Virus record (IMG/VR): IMGVR_UViG_3300015606_001334
Span: 96,001-160,000 of that record
DNA length: 64,000 nt
Direction: 5' to 3' (one strand)
Source: a virus
Taxonomy: Duplodnaviria > Caudoviricetes
The notes under the pieces were generated by a model. That model was not told where the DNA came from. It made no database searches and saw only the letters and a program-made list of their open reading frames with translations. The position numbers and the translations under genes were made by a program. Each line of letters opens with the position of its first letter. Within the stretch, counting starts at the first letter, position 1. This document shows positions 9,537 to 19,288 of the stretch, piece by piece.

Positions 9537-10703
9537 TTATTTTACGTGCTTAATGGGGATTTCTCGGTTTGCTCGAGTTGTACCAGGAACGTTGCCAATT
9601 ACCTCATCGTCATACAATGAGTACACAGGGCAAAGGTAGCATTCCTTCGCAATGTGACTATTGTCCTGACAAATCAGTTTATGACGGAAACGTTCTACTT
9701 CAGGGTGATGCCACACATCCTTGTCGAAGTCTTGGGCTTCCTTCAGGTCGATACCCTTCCAGTCAGGATGGTCTTCGGTGAAGGAACAGTGCCAATAGAT
9801 ACCTTCAACGTTGGCGTAACCAGAGAAGCGATTGCTTTCACAAGATTCGCTCATCATGGAATAGTGCTCGAAATCCGGATGACCCTTCATCGCGGCAAGG
9901 AAGATTGGTGCCGTACAGGAGTCGAAACCGATGTTGACGCCCTTTTCCATGGCGAGGTCGATCAGTTCACGATACTTCGTAACGTCCTTGAGGATGTTCA
10001 TCTTATTGCGCTTGCCCTTCGGCTTCAGGGTAAGGAACAGAACCGCCTTCAGACCTTTCAGACGAGGATCGGAAGCTGCGTCATTGATGACTTCCTTACA
10101 CTTCTCGAAGGTTTCTTCAGCGATCAATTGGTGGATCGTGACTTGAGTCATACCGCCCTTGATCAGCTTTTCGACTGCGTCATAGCAAACGTCCTTTGGT
10201 TGGTAGACGCTGACCGCAACGCCACCACAATGCTCGACGAGAGTCTTGACCCATTCGTCCGTTATGCCATGGCCATTAGTCGTCAGGTTAGGGATAACAC
10301 CCGGATTGTGATCGTTTTCACGACAATATTTGAACATGTCCACCAGATCCGGATTTGACCAGATGTCACCGATACCAAATGCGATCTGGGTAAGGGTCTT
10401 CGGCAGCTTGTTGAAGATGTCCTTGAACGTGTCGAGGGTCATGTTGCGGCCGACTTGAGTGTTGCTCTTATAGCACCACGAGCACGGAGTAGCAGGTTGA
10501 TCAGGACTTTTGGGAATACCTTGACAGACCTCGGAAACCTCCAGGTCGAACAGCTCGAGAAGACCGTACTTCGGATCATCATCAGTAGTCTTGCCCCAAC
10601 GAGCAAATTCACCGTTATTGGTATTGAACCAATAGTTGTAGTCTTCACTCATCACTCGCTTTTCGCCAGTATCTTTGTTGTAAATTACGAGAACTTTACT
10701 CAT
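9537..10703 (-). CDS. radical SAM enzyme with C-terminal SPASM/Twitch-like Cys cluster
   Basis: C-x13-CSWC (expanded CxxxCxxC), NLTTNG, VAVS, GFDSC, CES..., HCSF, CYLCP. Confidence 0.85.
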   Translation of the reverse strand: MSKVLVIYNKDTGEKRVMSEDYNYWFNTNNGEFARWGKTTDDDPKYGLLELFDLEVSEVCQGIPKSPDQPATPCSWCYKSNTQVGRNMTLDTFKDIFNKLPKTLTQIAFGIGDIWSNPDLVDMFKYCRENDHNPGVIPNLTTNGHGITDEWVKTLVEHCGGVAVSVYQPKDVCYDAVEKLIKGGMTQVTIHQLIAEETFEKCKEVINDAASDPRLKGLKAVLFLTLKPKGKRNKMNILKDVTKYRELIDLAMEKGVNIGFDSCTAPIFLAAMKGHPDFEHYSMMSESCESNRFSGYANVEGIYWHCSFTEDHPDWKGIDLKEAQDFDKDVWHHPEVERFRHKLICQDNSHIAKECYLCPVYSLYDDEVIGNVPGTTRANREIPIKHVK

Positions 10704-10800
10704 TTTTCAGCCTTGGTTAGAAGATGATGAATTATAAAATGCTTTCACGAAAAAGTAAATGAGGACCTATAAAAGATCCTCATTCTTTCAAGAAGGTTTA

Positions 10801-11535
10801 TTACTTCTTTTCTGTGACAGTAGCGGTAGTCTTGGCTTCTTCGATTACGGAAGAAATGACGTTAGCAAACATCAGTTCAGAAATCTTGTTGTAGATGCCT
10901 TGAGAGAACTTGAAGATGTTCTCGACCAGACCTACGACCAGCTCTTGTAGTACGACGGAACACATCGAGATCGGCCAGTAGACGATCCACGAAGTGATCA
11001 GGGACTTCTTCTTGCCAGCCTGGAAGTTAACCTTTTCGAGGATCTTTTCAGTCGTCAGAGAGTTTTGATCTTCAGCAAGCAGATGGCTGGTGTAAAGGTT
11101 GTTCTCAGCAAGATAGCGGCAAGAAGTATTGACAGCTTCACACAGTTCGCTGACATACTTTTCATGCGAAGCACGATTGCTAGCATCGCGATCTTCCCAT
11201 TTCGTCTTGATCTTACCAATCACTTGAACCAGATCGGTTGCGCACTTGCGAATGTAAGATGCCCATTTGAAGAAGGACCAAACCAAACCGGCTACCAGAT
11301 AGAAGCCAATGTACGGAATGTCATTGCTCAACGAGCTCAGGAAAGCGGTGTATTCAGCCCAGGAATGGTTATAGATGTAGATGCCAGACAAAGCAGCGAG
11401 AACGATCACTGCAACGGTCGTAGCTGCCGCTGGTTCTTCTTCATTCAGAAAGGCGGCAATACCAACGCAACCACCAAGAGTGATTGCAACCATCAGCCAA
11501 GAGATTTCGGCCAGCATCAGAAAAATTTCAGTCAT
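10801..11535 (-). CDS. membrane protein
   Basis: several TM segments; C-terminal WIVYWP. Confidence 0.7.
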   Translation of the reverse strand: MTEIFLMLAEISWLMVAITLGGCVGIAAFLNEEEPAAATTVAVIVLAALSGIYIYNHSWAEYTAFLSSLSNDIPYIGFYLVAGLVWSFFKWASYIRKCATDLVQVIGKIKTKWEDRDASNRASHEKYVSELCEAVNTSCRYLAENNLYTSHLLAEDQNSLTTEKILEKVNFQAGKKKSLITSWIVYWPISMCSVVLQELVVGLVENIFKFSQGIYNKISELMFANVISSVIEEAKTTATVTEKK

Positions 11536-11549
11536 TTACAGCTCCTTGG

Positions 11550-12425
11550 TTAAAGTTCGAGAATAGTTTCGCCGTTCTTTGCTTTTGCAGTAACAGCTTC
11601 AAAGGGGATCGGATCAGCGGCGTTGAAGATCACGTCAAGGTAGTTTGACGTCCGCTTGGCGGGAGGCATGTCCAGCTCAACAACACGACTGCGAGGGAAC
11701 TTAGTTCCTGCTGCAGGTCGATGCTTTTCAGGAATCGTCATGCGCTCGTCTTCGGTCATTTCGATCTGGAAGGTCTTACGCTGCACGTAAGTTCCACGCT
11801 TAAAGAAAGCGGGATAGTCATTCCAGTTGATACCCTTCTGAGACCAGAGAAGTTCCTGCTTTTCAGAACCCTTCAGACCCTGGAGGCTCTTATGAGAGAA
11901 GTACGCATGAGCTGCCATAGAGATGGAGTTCTTCGTTGCGTCAAGCTCTCGCCACAGGAAGGCTTCAGCAGCCAGCTCTTTGGTTGGGACTTGCCAGACC
12001 CGGCAGTCGAATACCGGAACTTGCATAGCCTTTTCAGGGACATTTTCAAGGATGAGCTTCATGAACTTAACAGAAGCCAGACCAGAAAGGACAGACGTAA
12101 GTTTCTGGATACGGCCGTCGAACATGTATTCTGCCGCACCATCTGCGGGAATAAACCACACGAGAGAAATCTCGTCGGATTGGGTATAACCGATCTTGGC
12201 ATGAGTTTCTTCAACCAGATATTTGGTCGTTTCGATCATGCAGGTAGAAAGTCGTTCATCGTATGGGCGCTTCAGACCACGGGTAAAGGTATGAAATGAG
12301 CGACCATCCAGACGGGCAAGAAGAGGGATACCCTTCATAGCACGAACCCCTGCGAATTGCATTTCGTAATCTTTCATACGATCCCCAAGGGCATCTTTTT
12401 CTTTTGACATCTTAATCTCCTTCAA
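11550..12425 (-). CDS. tRNA(His) guanylyltransferase Thg1-like 3'-5' polymerase
   Basis: RLDGRSFHTFT, YTQSDEISL, FDGRIQKL.S, FDCR, WRE.DA.KNS, GINWNDYP..FKRG. Confidence 0.92.
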   Translation of the reverse strand: MKEIKMSKEKDALGDRMKDYEMQFAGVRAMKGIPLLARLDGRSFHTFTRGLKRPYDERLSTCMIETTKYLVEETHAKIGYTQSDEISLVWFIPADGAAEYMFDGRIQKLTSVLSGLASVKFMKLILENVPEKAMQVPVFDCRVWQVPTKELAAEAFLWRELDATKNSISMAAHAYFSHKSLQGLKGSEKQELLWSQKGINWNDYPAFFKRGTYVQRKTFQIEMTEDERMTIPEKHRPAAGTKFPRSRVVELDMPPAKRTSNYLDVIFNAADPIPFEAVTAKAKNGETILEL

Positions 12426-12510
12426 AAAGTAAGGAGATTATAATACGAGTTTCAAGAAAATGAAACTGATTTTCACAAATTGATTACTTCTGCCTGATCT
12501 TGAAACAAAA

Positions 12511-12536
12511 AGAGGGTGCCCTAGGGCACCCTTCTT
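12511..12536 (-). terminator. Rho-independent terminator
   Basis: agagggtgccctagggcacccttct hairpin with T-run on - strand. Confidence 0.7.
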
Positions 12537-12549
12537 AGGAGCATGATGG

Positions 12550-12889
12550 TTACTTCGTCGGGGAGAAGTGAATAACTTCCTTACCACGCTCGTCTTGGAA
12601 CTTGCCGTTGATGAATTCGATGAACTTGAGGGACAGGTGTTGGCCCTTGAGGTTGAACATCTGACGAAGCCTTTTAAGGGTGAGATCCTTAGCCTGCTTG
12701 TCGACGTCCGTCCGAGCGTTCTTGCGCGGACCGTAATGGTCAACCACGTCCTTCTTCACCTTCTTTGCTTGGCCTTCTACCGTGACGTAGACGACCCCCG
12801 CTGTTGATAACAACCTCGCGAAACATATTTTCCAAGCCAGAAAGATCACGTTCCTGGCGACCAACGTCGGATTCAGATTTCGTGTTCAT
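12550..12889 (-). pseudogene. basic hypothetical protein interrupted by a one-base frameshift in a G5 run
   Basis: RBS+ATG at 12889 (MNTKSESDV...VINSG) joins the 12550 frame (GVVYVTVEG...) by a +1 shift at AGCGGGGGTC. Confidence 0.55.
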
Positions 12890-13101
12890 GACTATCTCCA
12901 TCGGGTTGAGGGTTGTTGCAACTTGTAGCATCCAACTAGTACAGCTACGATTACATAATAACACTTCCTAAGCCGTTGTAAACTGTCTCTGTGAAAATAT
13001 TTTTCATGGTAGGAATAAACCACTCCGGAATTGTGTGCTTAATCGGTGAACCTAATAAATAGCATAAGATTCATACCATCAGAAAGACCAAACCGACAAG
13101 G

Positions 13102-13638
13102 TTGTATATGAGCATCTTTTATAACGTCAAATTTTTTACGTCAGAGAACCTAAAGCACATAGCCTGCTTATTCGTTATCTTTGCTCTTACGTTTCTAGCC
13201 ATAGGTGGCTACATCCTTTTCTTTACTCATGGTGTAGATCTATCAACATTTTGGTTTACCGTAAAGAACGTTCCTATCATTTTTGGAACCTTAACTTATG
13301 TGGTACTAGGGATAAGCCTAAGTTACTTAACACATAAGAGTCTCGCAAAAATTATTTGCTTTACTGCAGTGGTCACAGACCAACAGAACTCAAGATTGAT
13401 AACCCACCTGTTGACGAACCTATTCCTACTAAATGTGATGGCGTCTACCATGATTGGTGGATATATCGTTCTCTACTTTGCTGGTTTTTCGGTAGTGACC
13501 GACCATGTTCTGAACCTTCTTCTTTCCTCACTGATTGCCCCCATAACTTTTACAATGCGAATCTTTGAGGGTTGCATTGACAAGTTAGTCCACTTAGAAA
13601 TCAGCGTGGAGAATAATTGCTTCCGCTTTGTGAAATAG
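13102..13638 (+). CDS. multi-pass membrane protein
   Basis: four hydrophobic helices; TAAATA late promoter near 13056 on + strand. Confidence 0.6.
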   Translation: MYMSIFYNVKFFTSENLKHIACLFVIFALTFLAIGGYILFFTHGVDLSTFWFTVKNVPIIFGTLTYVVLGISLSYLTHKSLAKIICFTAVVTDQQNSRLITHLLTNLFLLNVMASTMIGGYIVLYFAGFSVVTDHVLNLLLSSLIAPITFTMRIFEGCIDKLVHLEISVENNCFRFVK

Positions 13639-13640
13639 CC

Positions 13641-14216
13641 ATGAAATCATTTATCTCATCTGACAGAAACATTTACTATGAAGCACCAGATCGCCTTGGA
13701 CCAACAGACATCGAGGTACCAAAAAGGCCAGGTCCTGATTTCACCTTCATTAACGGTACATGGATTGACACACACGCTCATCTAAACCATAACTTCGGCG
13801 TTATGCCTAACACTGCGTCAAATCAAACTAATTTGAGCGATTTGGTAAACGTGATCAAACAGCTCCAGACAATCAATAATTCGGCAGCAAACTCTACAGA
13901 TCAGTCCGTAATCCCAAAGAAGGAAAGTCCAATCAGTAACTTCATGGGCGATAAGTTCACATGGAAAGATTTGATCACCATTCTCTATTTTGCTGGTGGT
14001 ATCGTTGGATTGTGGATGCACATGAATGAGCGCATCATCGTTCTTGAGCAGAAGGTCGTGTCAATCGAGAAGGGCAGTGTAGAGCTTCAAAACACTTTCA
14101 AAGAGTTCACCGTTAAGAATGAAAACCAGCTAAAGATTATCGATTCGAAGATTAGTGATCTTCAACAGATGGTCATTACTCGCATTTCTTCTTCACCAAG
14201 TAACGGAAAGCACTAA
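13641..14216 (+). CDS. protein with one TM helix and C-terminal coiled coil
   Basis: ATG at 13641; LITILYFAGGIVGLW followed by a heptad-rich region. Confidence 0.7.
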   Translation: MKSFISSDRNIYYEAPDRLGPTDIEVPKRPGPDFTFINGTWIDTHAHLNHNFGVMPNTASNQTNLSDLVNVIKQLQTINNSAANSTDQSVIPKKESPISNFMGDKFTWKDLITILYFAGGIVGLWMHMNERIIVLEQKVVSIEKGSVELQNTFKEFTVKNENQLKIIDSKISDLQQMVITRISSSPSNGKH

Positions 14217-14231
14217 CAATACGGCTTCGTG

Positions 14232-14657
14232 TTATTGGATTAGGATAGTTCTAATTCCGAAGCCGGTATTGATCTTAAAATACCCGTGGTAGTACCCAAT
14301 TGAGAACGGAATATTTGATACCTTAATCAAAACTTCGTTTTCGGATTCAGCAAACACTGGAGAAGCAGATCCGTCAAGAATTGCAGTCTTTACTTTCTCG
14401 TAGTAAGATGTCGCACCGAGATGTAGTTCCTCGTTGGCAAGCTTCTTAAAGAGCATTGAGTTTGCGGGAGGTAAGACGACAACTATCTTATTACCGCTCT
14501 TTTCCCAGAACTTTCGGTAAAACAAGAAAATTTTAATTACTTCGTCTCTTGCAAGTTGTGTTTCTACGACTGTATCGTTTACAACCATTTCCGGCTGTGC
14601 AGTTCCGGAAAAGCCTAGCAAGAATAGGCTTAATAGAAAGATGAAGATTTGTTTCAT
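14232..14657 (-). CDS. secreted small substrate-binding-protein-like protein
   Basis: signal peptide MKQIFIFLLSLFLLGFSGTA; EV..IFL...W, SE.EV...V...P.SIGY pattern. Confidence 0.55.
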   Translation of the reverse strand: MKQIFIFLLSLFLLGFSGTAQPEMVVNDTVVETQLARDEVIKIFLFYRKFWEKSGNKIVVVLPPANSMLFKKLANEELHLGATSYYEKVKTAILDGSASPVFAESENEVLIKVSNIPFSIGYYHGYFKINTGFGIRTILIQ

Positions 14658-14704
14658 ATCAGGTTTCCTCATGGTAATATTTATCCCAATGAGTGACCTG
14701 TGAG

Positions 14705-15007
14705 TCAAAAAGTGAAGAACTTCTTCTCTATTTTTAACTCATTTATCAGCTTGACTAGTATGTCACCATGACATTTCTTAGGTTTGCACCAACAACCTAG
14801 CACCTTTCCTTCTAGGCTAGGTAAGAGCTCAAGCAGATCTGGACGAGAACGAATATAGTCCTCGTACTTTTTGATAACCTCATCACGTGTACCGTCTACT
14901 CCAATCTTGAATGGATTAGCAAAGGGAGAACCAACCTTTCCGGGCATGGTTCTCCCTATGTAGACGTCGTAATTTGCTTTTGAGCAGTTAACAACTCGTG
15001 TTTGCAA
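14705..15007 (-). CDS. DUF4326 family protein
   Basis: YDVYIGR, SPFANPF, LEGKVLGCWCKPKKCHGD. Confidence 0.85.
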   Translation of the reverse strand: MQTRVVNCSKANYDVYIGRTMPGKVGSPFANPFKIGVDGTRDEVIKKYEDYIRSRPDLLELLPSLEGKVLGCWCKPKKCHGDILVKLINELKIEKKFFTF

Positions 15008-15165
15008 GGTCTTCCCAATAGCCAGATTCTTCTAGATACTTGCCCATCTCCTCAGCGCTACAAATACGATCCCATTGACCTTCTGAGTAGGCAAAGACAT
15101 CTGCGCCGTATCGATGGAGAGTTCCTTCTGCAGGGGTTATTGGGAATAGCCCAGGATCGAAGGTG

Positions 15166-15363
15166 TTAGAAAATGTTGAAAATATCGTCGACAAGGTCTG
15201 ATACTCCTGTTTCTTCGAAAATTGAGCCAGCAACATTAGCAACTACGGCTCCAGCACCAATAGCCAATACTGCAGCTAGAATAGAAGGACCAAACTTTGC
15301 GCGAATGATTTCTTCGGTGATCGAACCAGCAGCTAGCTCCGCTGCCAACTTACCAATGTTCAT
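15166..15363 (-). CDS. small hydrophobic protein
   Basis: RBS GAAGGAA, 65 aa. Confidence 0.55.
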   Translation of the reverse strand: MNIGKLAAELAAGSITEEIIRAKFGPSILAAVLAIGAGAVVANVAGSIFEETGVSDLVDDIFNIF

Positions 15364-15365
15364 TG

Positions 15366-15791
15366 TTATTCCTTCGCCAGCTGAGAAGCCAATTTGCCGT
15401 CGAGACCAGCACCAAACTTGTCTTTCAGCCCCTTCATGATGGCACCGATATTGGCTGCTCCAGCTGCCTTAAGAGCAGCAACTTCAGCACGAATTTCTTC
15501 AGTAGAAGCCATCTTCGGTAGGTAGCCTTCAAGGATAGACTTTTCGGTATTCGCGGTAGTCAGGGCTTCAGCGTTATTCGCCTTTTCCAGGAACGAAATG
15601 GTTTCATTCACACCCTTCAGGAATTTCTGAACTACTTGGATCGTTTCTTCTTCAGTTGTTTCACGACCCGCGTTCTTGCCCTTCATCGAAGCTTCAGAGA
15701 ACAAGGTAGTTAGCAGAGAAGCTTTCAACGCTTCCTTGTTCTTACGAGCTTCGAATTGATCTTTTTTGATTTGCTCTAGCGTAGACATCAT
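15366..15791 (-). CDS. GatB/YqeY domain protein
   Basis: LEQIKKD..EARK.KE, E..ILEGYLPK, IGAIMK.LK, DGKLASQL. Confidence 0.85.
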   Translation of the reverse strand: MMSTLEQIKKDQFEARKNKEALKASLLTTLFSEASMKGKNAGRETTEEETIQVVQKFLKGVNETISFLEKANNAEALTTANTEKSILEGYLPKMASTEEIRAEVAALKAAGAANIGAIMKGLKDKFGAGLDGKLASQLAKE

Positions 15792-15797
15792 TGTTCC

Positions 15798-16259
15798 TTA
15801 TGAGGTAAATTTGATTTTTTCTGAGGTGCCTTTTAGGAAGACATCAACTTCGAATTCGACACCATTTGAATCAAAGTATGTCACGGTGACTTCTTCAGGA
15901 CGGGCCTGATATTGATGATCAGTCGTGATATCGCCTTCCCAGAGGAAGTCTTCTTCGCACCGTTGAATTGCATCGTCGTCGAGACCAGCTGCGTGAAGAA
16001 CATCCTTCTTGCCACGACGGTCCATACAGAAATCGCAGCCTGCATTCCATTCCAGATCGAAGAATGCCTTCAAGTAGGTGAGAACTTCTTCAATAGACGG
16101 CTCATACTCCTCGCGTACACCGCCAACAGGAAAGTCAGCCTTCTTGACGGTTTCGCCATCTGCGTCACCATGCATGAACTTCACTTTTACGCGATACGTA
16201 TCTTTCGGATTCGTATTTTTCTTCGCGGCTTTTACAACAACTAGGTCAAATTCTGACAT
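15798..16259 (-). CDS. hypothetical protein
   Basis: 153-aa acidic ORF with RBS. Confidence 0.65.
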   Translation of the reverse strand: MSEFDLVVVKAAKKNTNPKDTYRVKVKFMHGDADGETVKKADFPVGGVREEYEPSIEEVLTYLKAFFDLEWNAGCDFCMDRRGKKDVLHAAGLDDDAIQRCEEDFLWEGDITTDHQYQARPEEVTVTYFDSNGVEFEVDVFLKGTSEKIKFTS

Positions 16260-16528
16260 TCTTTTCTCCGATAATACATGATTAAGCTAAGGTAAAAGGT
16301 GTTGGCGATAAGGACACAGATTCCTGCGTACCAACTGAAATTTTGACCGAGATGGCTATAGTAGAACATATTGAACACGCCCCAAAGAGAGAAGAAGGCG
16401 ATGGACAACATGCTAACTCCTCTCACCAGCTTGTGCTGATAGAGAACTCTTGCGTGGTTCAAAACAAAGACTGACCCGCCTGCCTCAAAGAAGGCGTTGG
16501 CCATATCCATCAGTTGGACGTTATCCAT
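16241..16528 (-). CDS. small membrane protein (PQ-loop/SemiSWEET-like)
   Basis: three TM helices, K.VRGVS motif. Confidence 0.55.
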   Translation of the reverse strand: MDNVQLMDMANAFFEAGGSVFVLNHARVLYQHKLVRGVSMLSIAFFSLWGVFNMFYYSHLGQNFSWYAGICVLIANTFYLSLIMYYRRKECQNLT

Positions 16529-16531
16529 GAA

Positions 16532-16984
16532 TTACCACTTTTGGACTGGAACGGTAGAGATCGAATTCTTCGGGCTACCATCGAGCAACTTGTCGCTGTA
16601 GACGAGATAGATCAGCACATTGCGCTTCTTGTCGAAGAACCGGACGACATGCATTGTCTTAAACAAGAGGGACATTTTGACTTCGAAAACCGATTCGCCA
16701 TCAGTCAAAGACTGAGGGAAAGAGATTGGACCGATCTGACGGCACGCGATCGAAGCTTCGGTCTTGTCGGAAGCTAGACCAATATCGGCCTTGACACCAC
16801 CTTTTACTGCGCGAGAAAGGTGGCAAGTAACTCCAGGAACTTTTGGATCGTCAAATGCTTCAATGACGATACGGTCATTTGAGCCAAGTAGATTGGTGCT
16901 GGTATTTGCTGCACCAATTTGTTCAGCGAACGCCGAAGCGGAGACAGTCAGAGCCAAAGCTGCGGCAAGAATCGATTTTTTCAT
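16532..16984 (-). CDS. creA: CreA family protein
   Basis: signal peptide; IVIEAFDDPKVPGVTCHLSRA..GG, SIACRQIGPI, YLVYSDKL.DGSPKNSISTVP. Confidence 0.9.
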   Translation of the reverse strand: MKKSILAAALALTVSASAFAEQIGAANTSTNLLGSNDRIVIEAFDDPKVPGVTCHLSRAVKGGVKADIGLASDKTEASIACRQIGPISFPQSLTDGESVFEVKMSLLFKTMHVVRFFDKKRNVLIYLVYSDKLLDGSPKNSISTVPVQKW

Positions 16985-17051
16985 GTGATTATCCTTAAAA
17001 CAAATTAAGGAGGAGGTTTCCCTCCTCCTTTGCTACCTTGATCTTGGCTGT

Positions 17052-17396
17052 TTAGACCTTGGCGGCCAGTTCCGGCTTGGCCATCAGCTTTTCCATCGTA
17101 ACGAAGGCGCCCTTCTCATTGCGGAACAGGGTGTCCTTGTCGGTGGCGCTGAGCAGATGAACGTTCATGTGCTTACCAGCCATGTTTTGGGTCTGACGGA
17201 CGAAGGTATGAAGCAGCCAGTGGAAGCGCTTTTCGTCGGTGCGACGCTTGTTCGGACGGACGGTCAGCTGTTCGACAGCTTCGACCTTGAACTTCTTGAT
17301 GTTCGGTACCACGACGAAAACTTCCTTGCCGTTGACCAGAACCTTGTTAACCATGTTTTGCATCAGAGCGACGGTGTTTTGAGTTTGAGCAGTCAT
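17052..17396 (-). CDS. hypothetical protein (early, highly biased codons)
   Basis: AGGAGA RBS, early promoter at 17472-17502, terminator at 17008-17031. Confidence 0.7.
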   Translation of the reverse strand: MTAQTQNTVALMQNMVNKVLVNGKEVFVVVPNIKKFKVEAVEQLTVRPNKRRTDEKRFHWLLHTFVRQTQNMAGKHMNVHLLSATDKDTLFRNEKGAFVTMEKLMAKPELAAKV

Positions 17397-17471
17397 TTTG
17401 AATCTCCTTAGTCATCGAATTGGTTGGTTAATTTCTAGTTGCCGCTGTTATTAACTGCTGCAACTTGAATT

Positions 17472-17502
17472 GAATTATATACTCGTAACCGAAGAAGTAA
17501 AC
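17472..17502 (-). promoter_or_regulatory. early promoter GTTTAC-N17-TATAAT (representative; similar copies near 10731, 23672, 24040, 24612, 36144, 37400, 41380, 44101, 44723, 52246, 53213, 60576)
   Basis: repeated + strand motif aattata-N17-gtaaac upstream of - strand genes; matches T4-type early promoter consensus. Confidence 0.8.
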
Positions 17503-17819
17503 TGTTTGGGTGAAAAAATTTTGATTATTTTTCTCACCACCTCCGAAGTACGGCCCCGCACTCTTGGCAGACTTCTTCTTTCCATTCTTCTCGTTTGTGG
17601 TAGTCGAAGTCATCCTTGATCTTAGTGACAGGGTGAGTGCAACACTTCTGGAATTCAGTGCTGAGCGTTCGTACCTTCTCTCGCATGGTCTGCATCAGAA
17701 CATTATGAAGCTCTTCAGCATGGTTCATCATCATTCTAGCTCTTTCAAGAGCTGCTTTAATTTCAATCGCTTTTTCGGATTGGTCCACTGGCAGTGTTAG
17801 TTCTAGTTGTTCAGCCATT

Positions 17820-18299
17820 TCAGGTAAATCTTTCCCACTTATGTAAATGATCAATATGGATAAGCTCGATAAAGTTGCCAGTGTCACGCCGTAGAATGAC
17901 TTCGTTTTGAACTGAATCGTCTATAAGAAAACAGTTCTTATCTGGATACATTACACGACAAAAATCCTGGAAAGCACGAGCCTTTCCCCAAACTGCAATA
18001 AAATCAGTCAGTTCCCAGTATGTTCCGGTCTTCCAAAAGATTTCATCCATTACTTCTTTCATCGTAGGGAAAGTTTCGATTTCTATCTCAAACATCCGTT
18101 CAAGCCAAGGCTTAAAGTTCGGTTGAGCGAAGATCTTCTTCTCTCTGTCATCCCACATGGCAGCCGAGAAGATATGAACCTTCTTGACACCAATATTCTG
18201 AAAATGGCTCTTGACAACCTCGAGATTCATTATGATCGGATTGGTAAAATCCGTAATGATGGTCTCTTCTAAGTCAAGGAACCAAATGTCCTCAGCCAT
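17820..18299 (-). CDS. HAD-like hypothetical protein
   Basis: FLDLEETI, IFS, GK, LIDD motifs. Confidence 0.55.
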   Translation of the reverse strand: MAEDIWFLDLEETIITDFTNPIIMNLEVVKSHFQNIGVKKVHIFSAAMWDDREKKIFAQPNFKPWLERMFEIEIETFPTMKEVMDEIFWKTGTYWELTDFIAVWGKARAFQDFCRVMYPDKNCFLIDDSVQNEVILRRDTGNFIELIHIDHLHKWERFT

Positions 18300-18443
18300 A
18301 CTATCTCCAAAACTTGTGATTTTGGATAGCCTTCTTAGCTACCTCTTCCATTATGGAAGTCTTTTTGGGCCCGCACTGGTGGTAGATGAAGGCACCTTCA
18401 CCAAATCGTTTGCCACAATCAGGGCAAAGCTTACCAAATCCAT

Positions 18444-18860
18444 TTACTGGGTCGTAGCAGTCGGACAGTTCAAATTGATGGTCGGAACCGTCACTCCCAT
18501 CGGCCCGAATATTTTGTTCATACATTCTTTGTTTTCTCTTTTAAATGCTTCGAAGTCGAATGATACTTCGAGATTGACTGTAGGATCAGTCAACAGTTCC
18601 ATTTTGCTGATACGTTTCTTGGTCCAATCCATCTTTTCGACAGTATCATAATGGACCCATGCGCCCTTGTTGAGCTTCAGCCGATACTTGATGAACCACT
18701 TCTGCTTACGACTTCCATAACGAAGTTTCTTCAGAAGCTTGACGATCTCTGATTGCTTGATGACCAAAGGCGACCAAGCATACAAGGAACAAACGTCCAT
18801 ATCCTCAAAATACACGCTCATTTTAACACCATCTTCCGCCGGTTGCCTCAACATAATCAA
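18444..18860 (-). CDS. hypothetical protein
   Basis: ORF in - strand array. Confidence 0.5.
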   Translation of the reverse strand: MIMLRQPAEDGVKMSVYFEDMDVCSLYAWSPLVIKQSEIVKLLKKLRYGSRKQKWFIKYRLKLNKGAWVHYDTVEKMDWTKKRISKMELLTDPTVNLEVSFDFEAFKRENKECMNKIFGPMGVTVPTINLNCPTATTQ

Positions 18861-19288
18861 CTACCTGATAAAACCCGGTAATGAGATTTCTCAATAGTGG
18901 ATTATTTGGGTAAATCCAAAATCCCAAAGCTTGGTTCGGATTCATTTTGCCCTTCGACATCTTCATAAGAAGAGCCACATCAGATTCTATCTGGAACGGT
19001 ATGTGTTGCCATTCCAGATATTCCTTAATCAAATTTTGTTCTTTGGTCATTCGATACAAATTACCACTTAATGGTATATTGATTGTAGCTGCGATTCTTA
19101 TCGTGAGAATTGTCAGATACTTGGAAACCATTTTCACGGAGAGTTTCTACCGTTAGGTTATTAAGATTGCTACCAAAAATGTGACGACGCCCTTGATTGG
19201 CTGAGTTCACAATATCTTGGTTGATTTTCTTGAGTTCGGCAGTTGCAGCAGCTTGAGCAGCGGTAATCATCATAATCTCCTTATTAAG

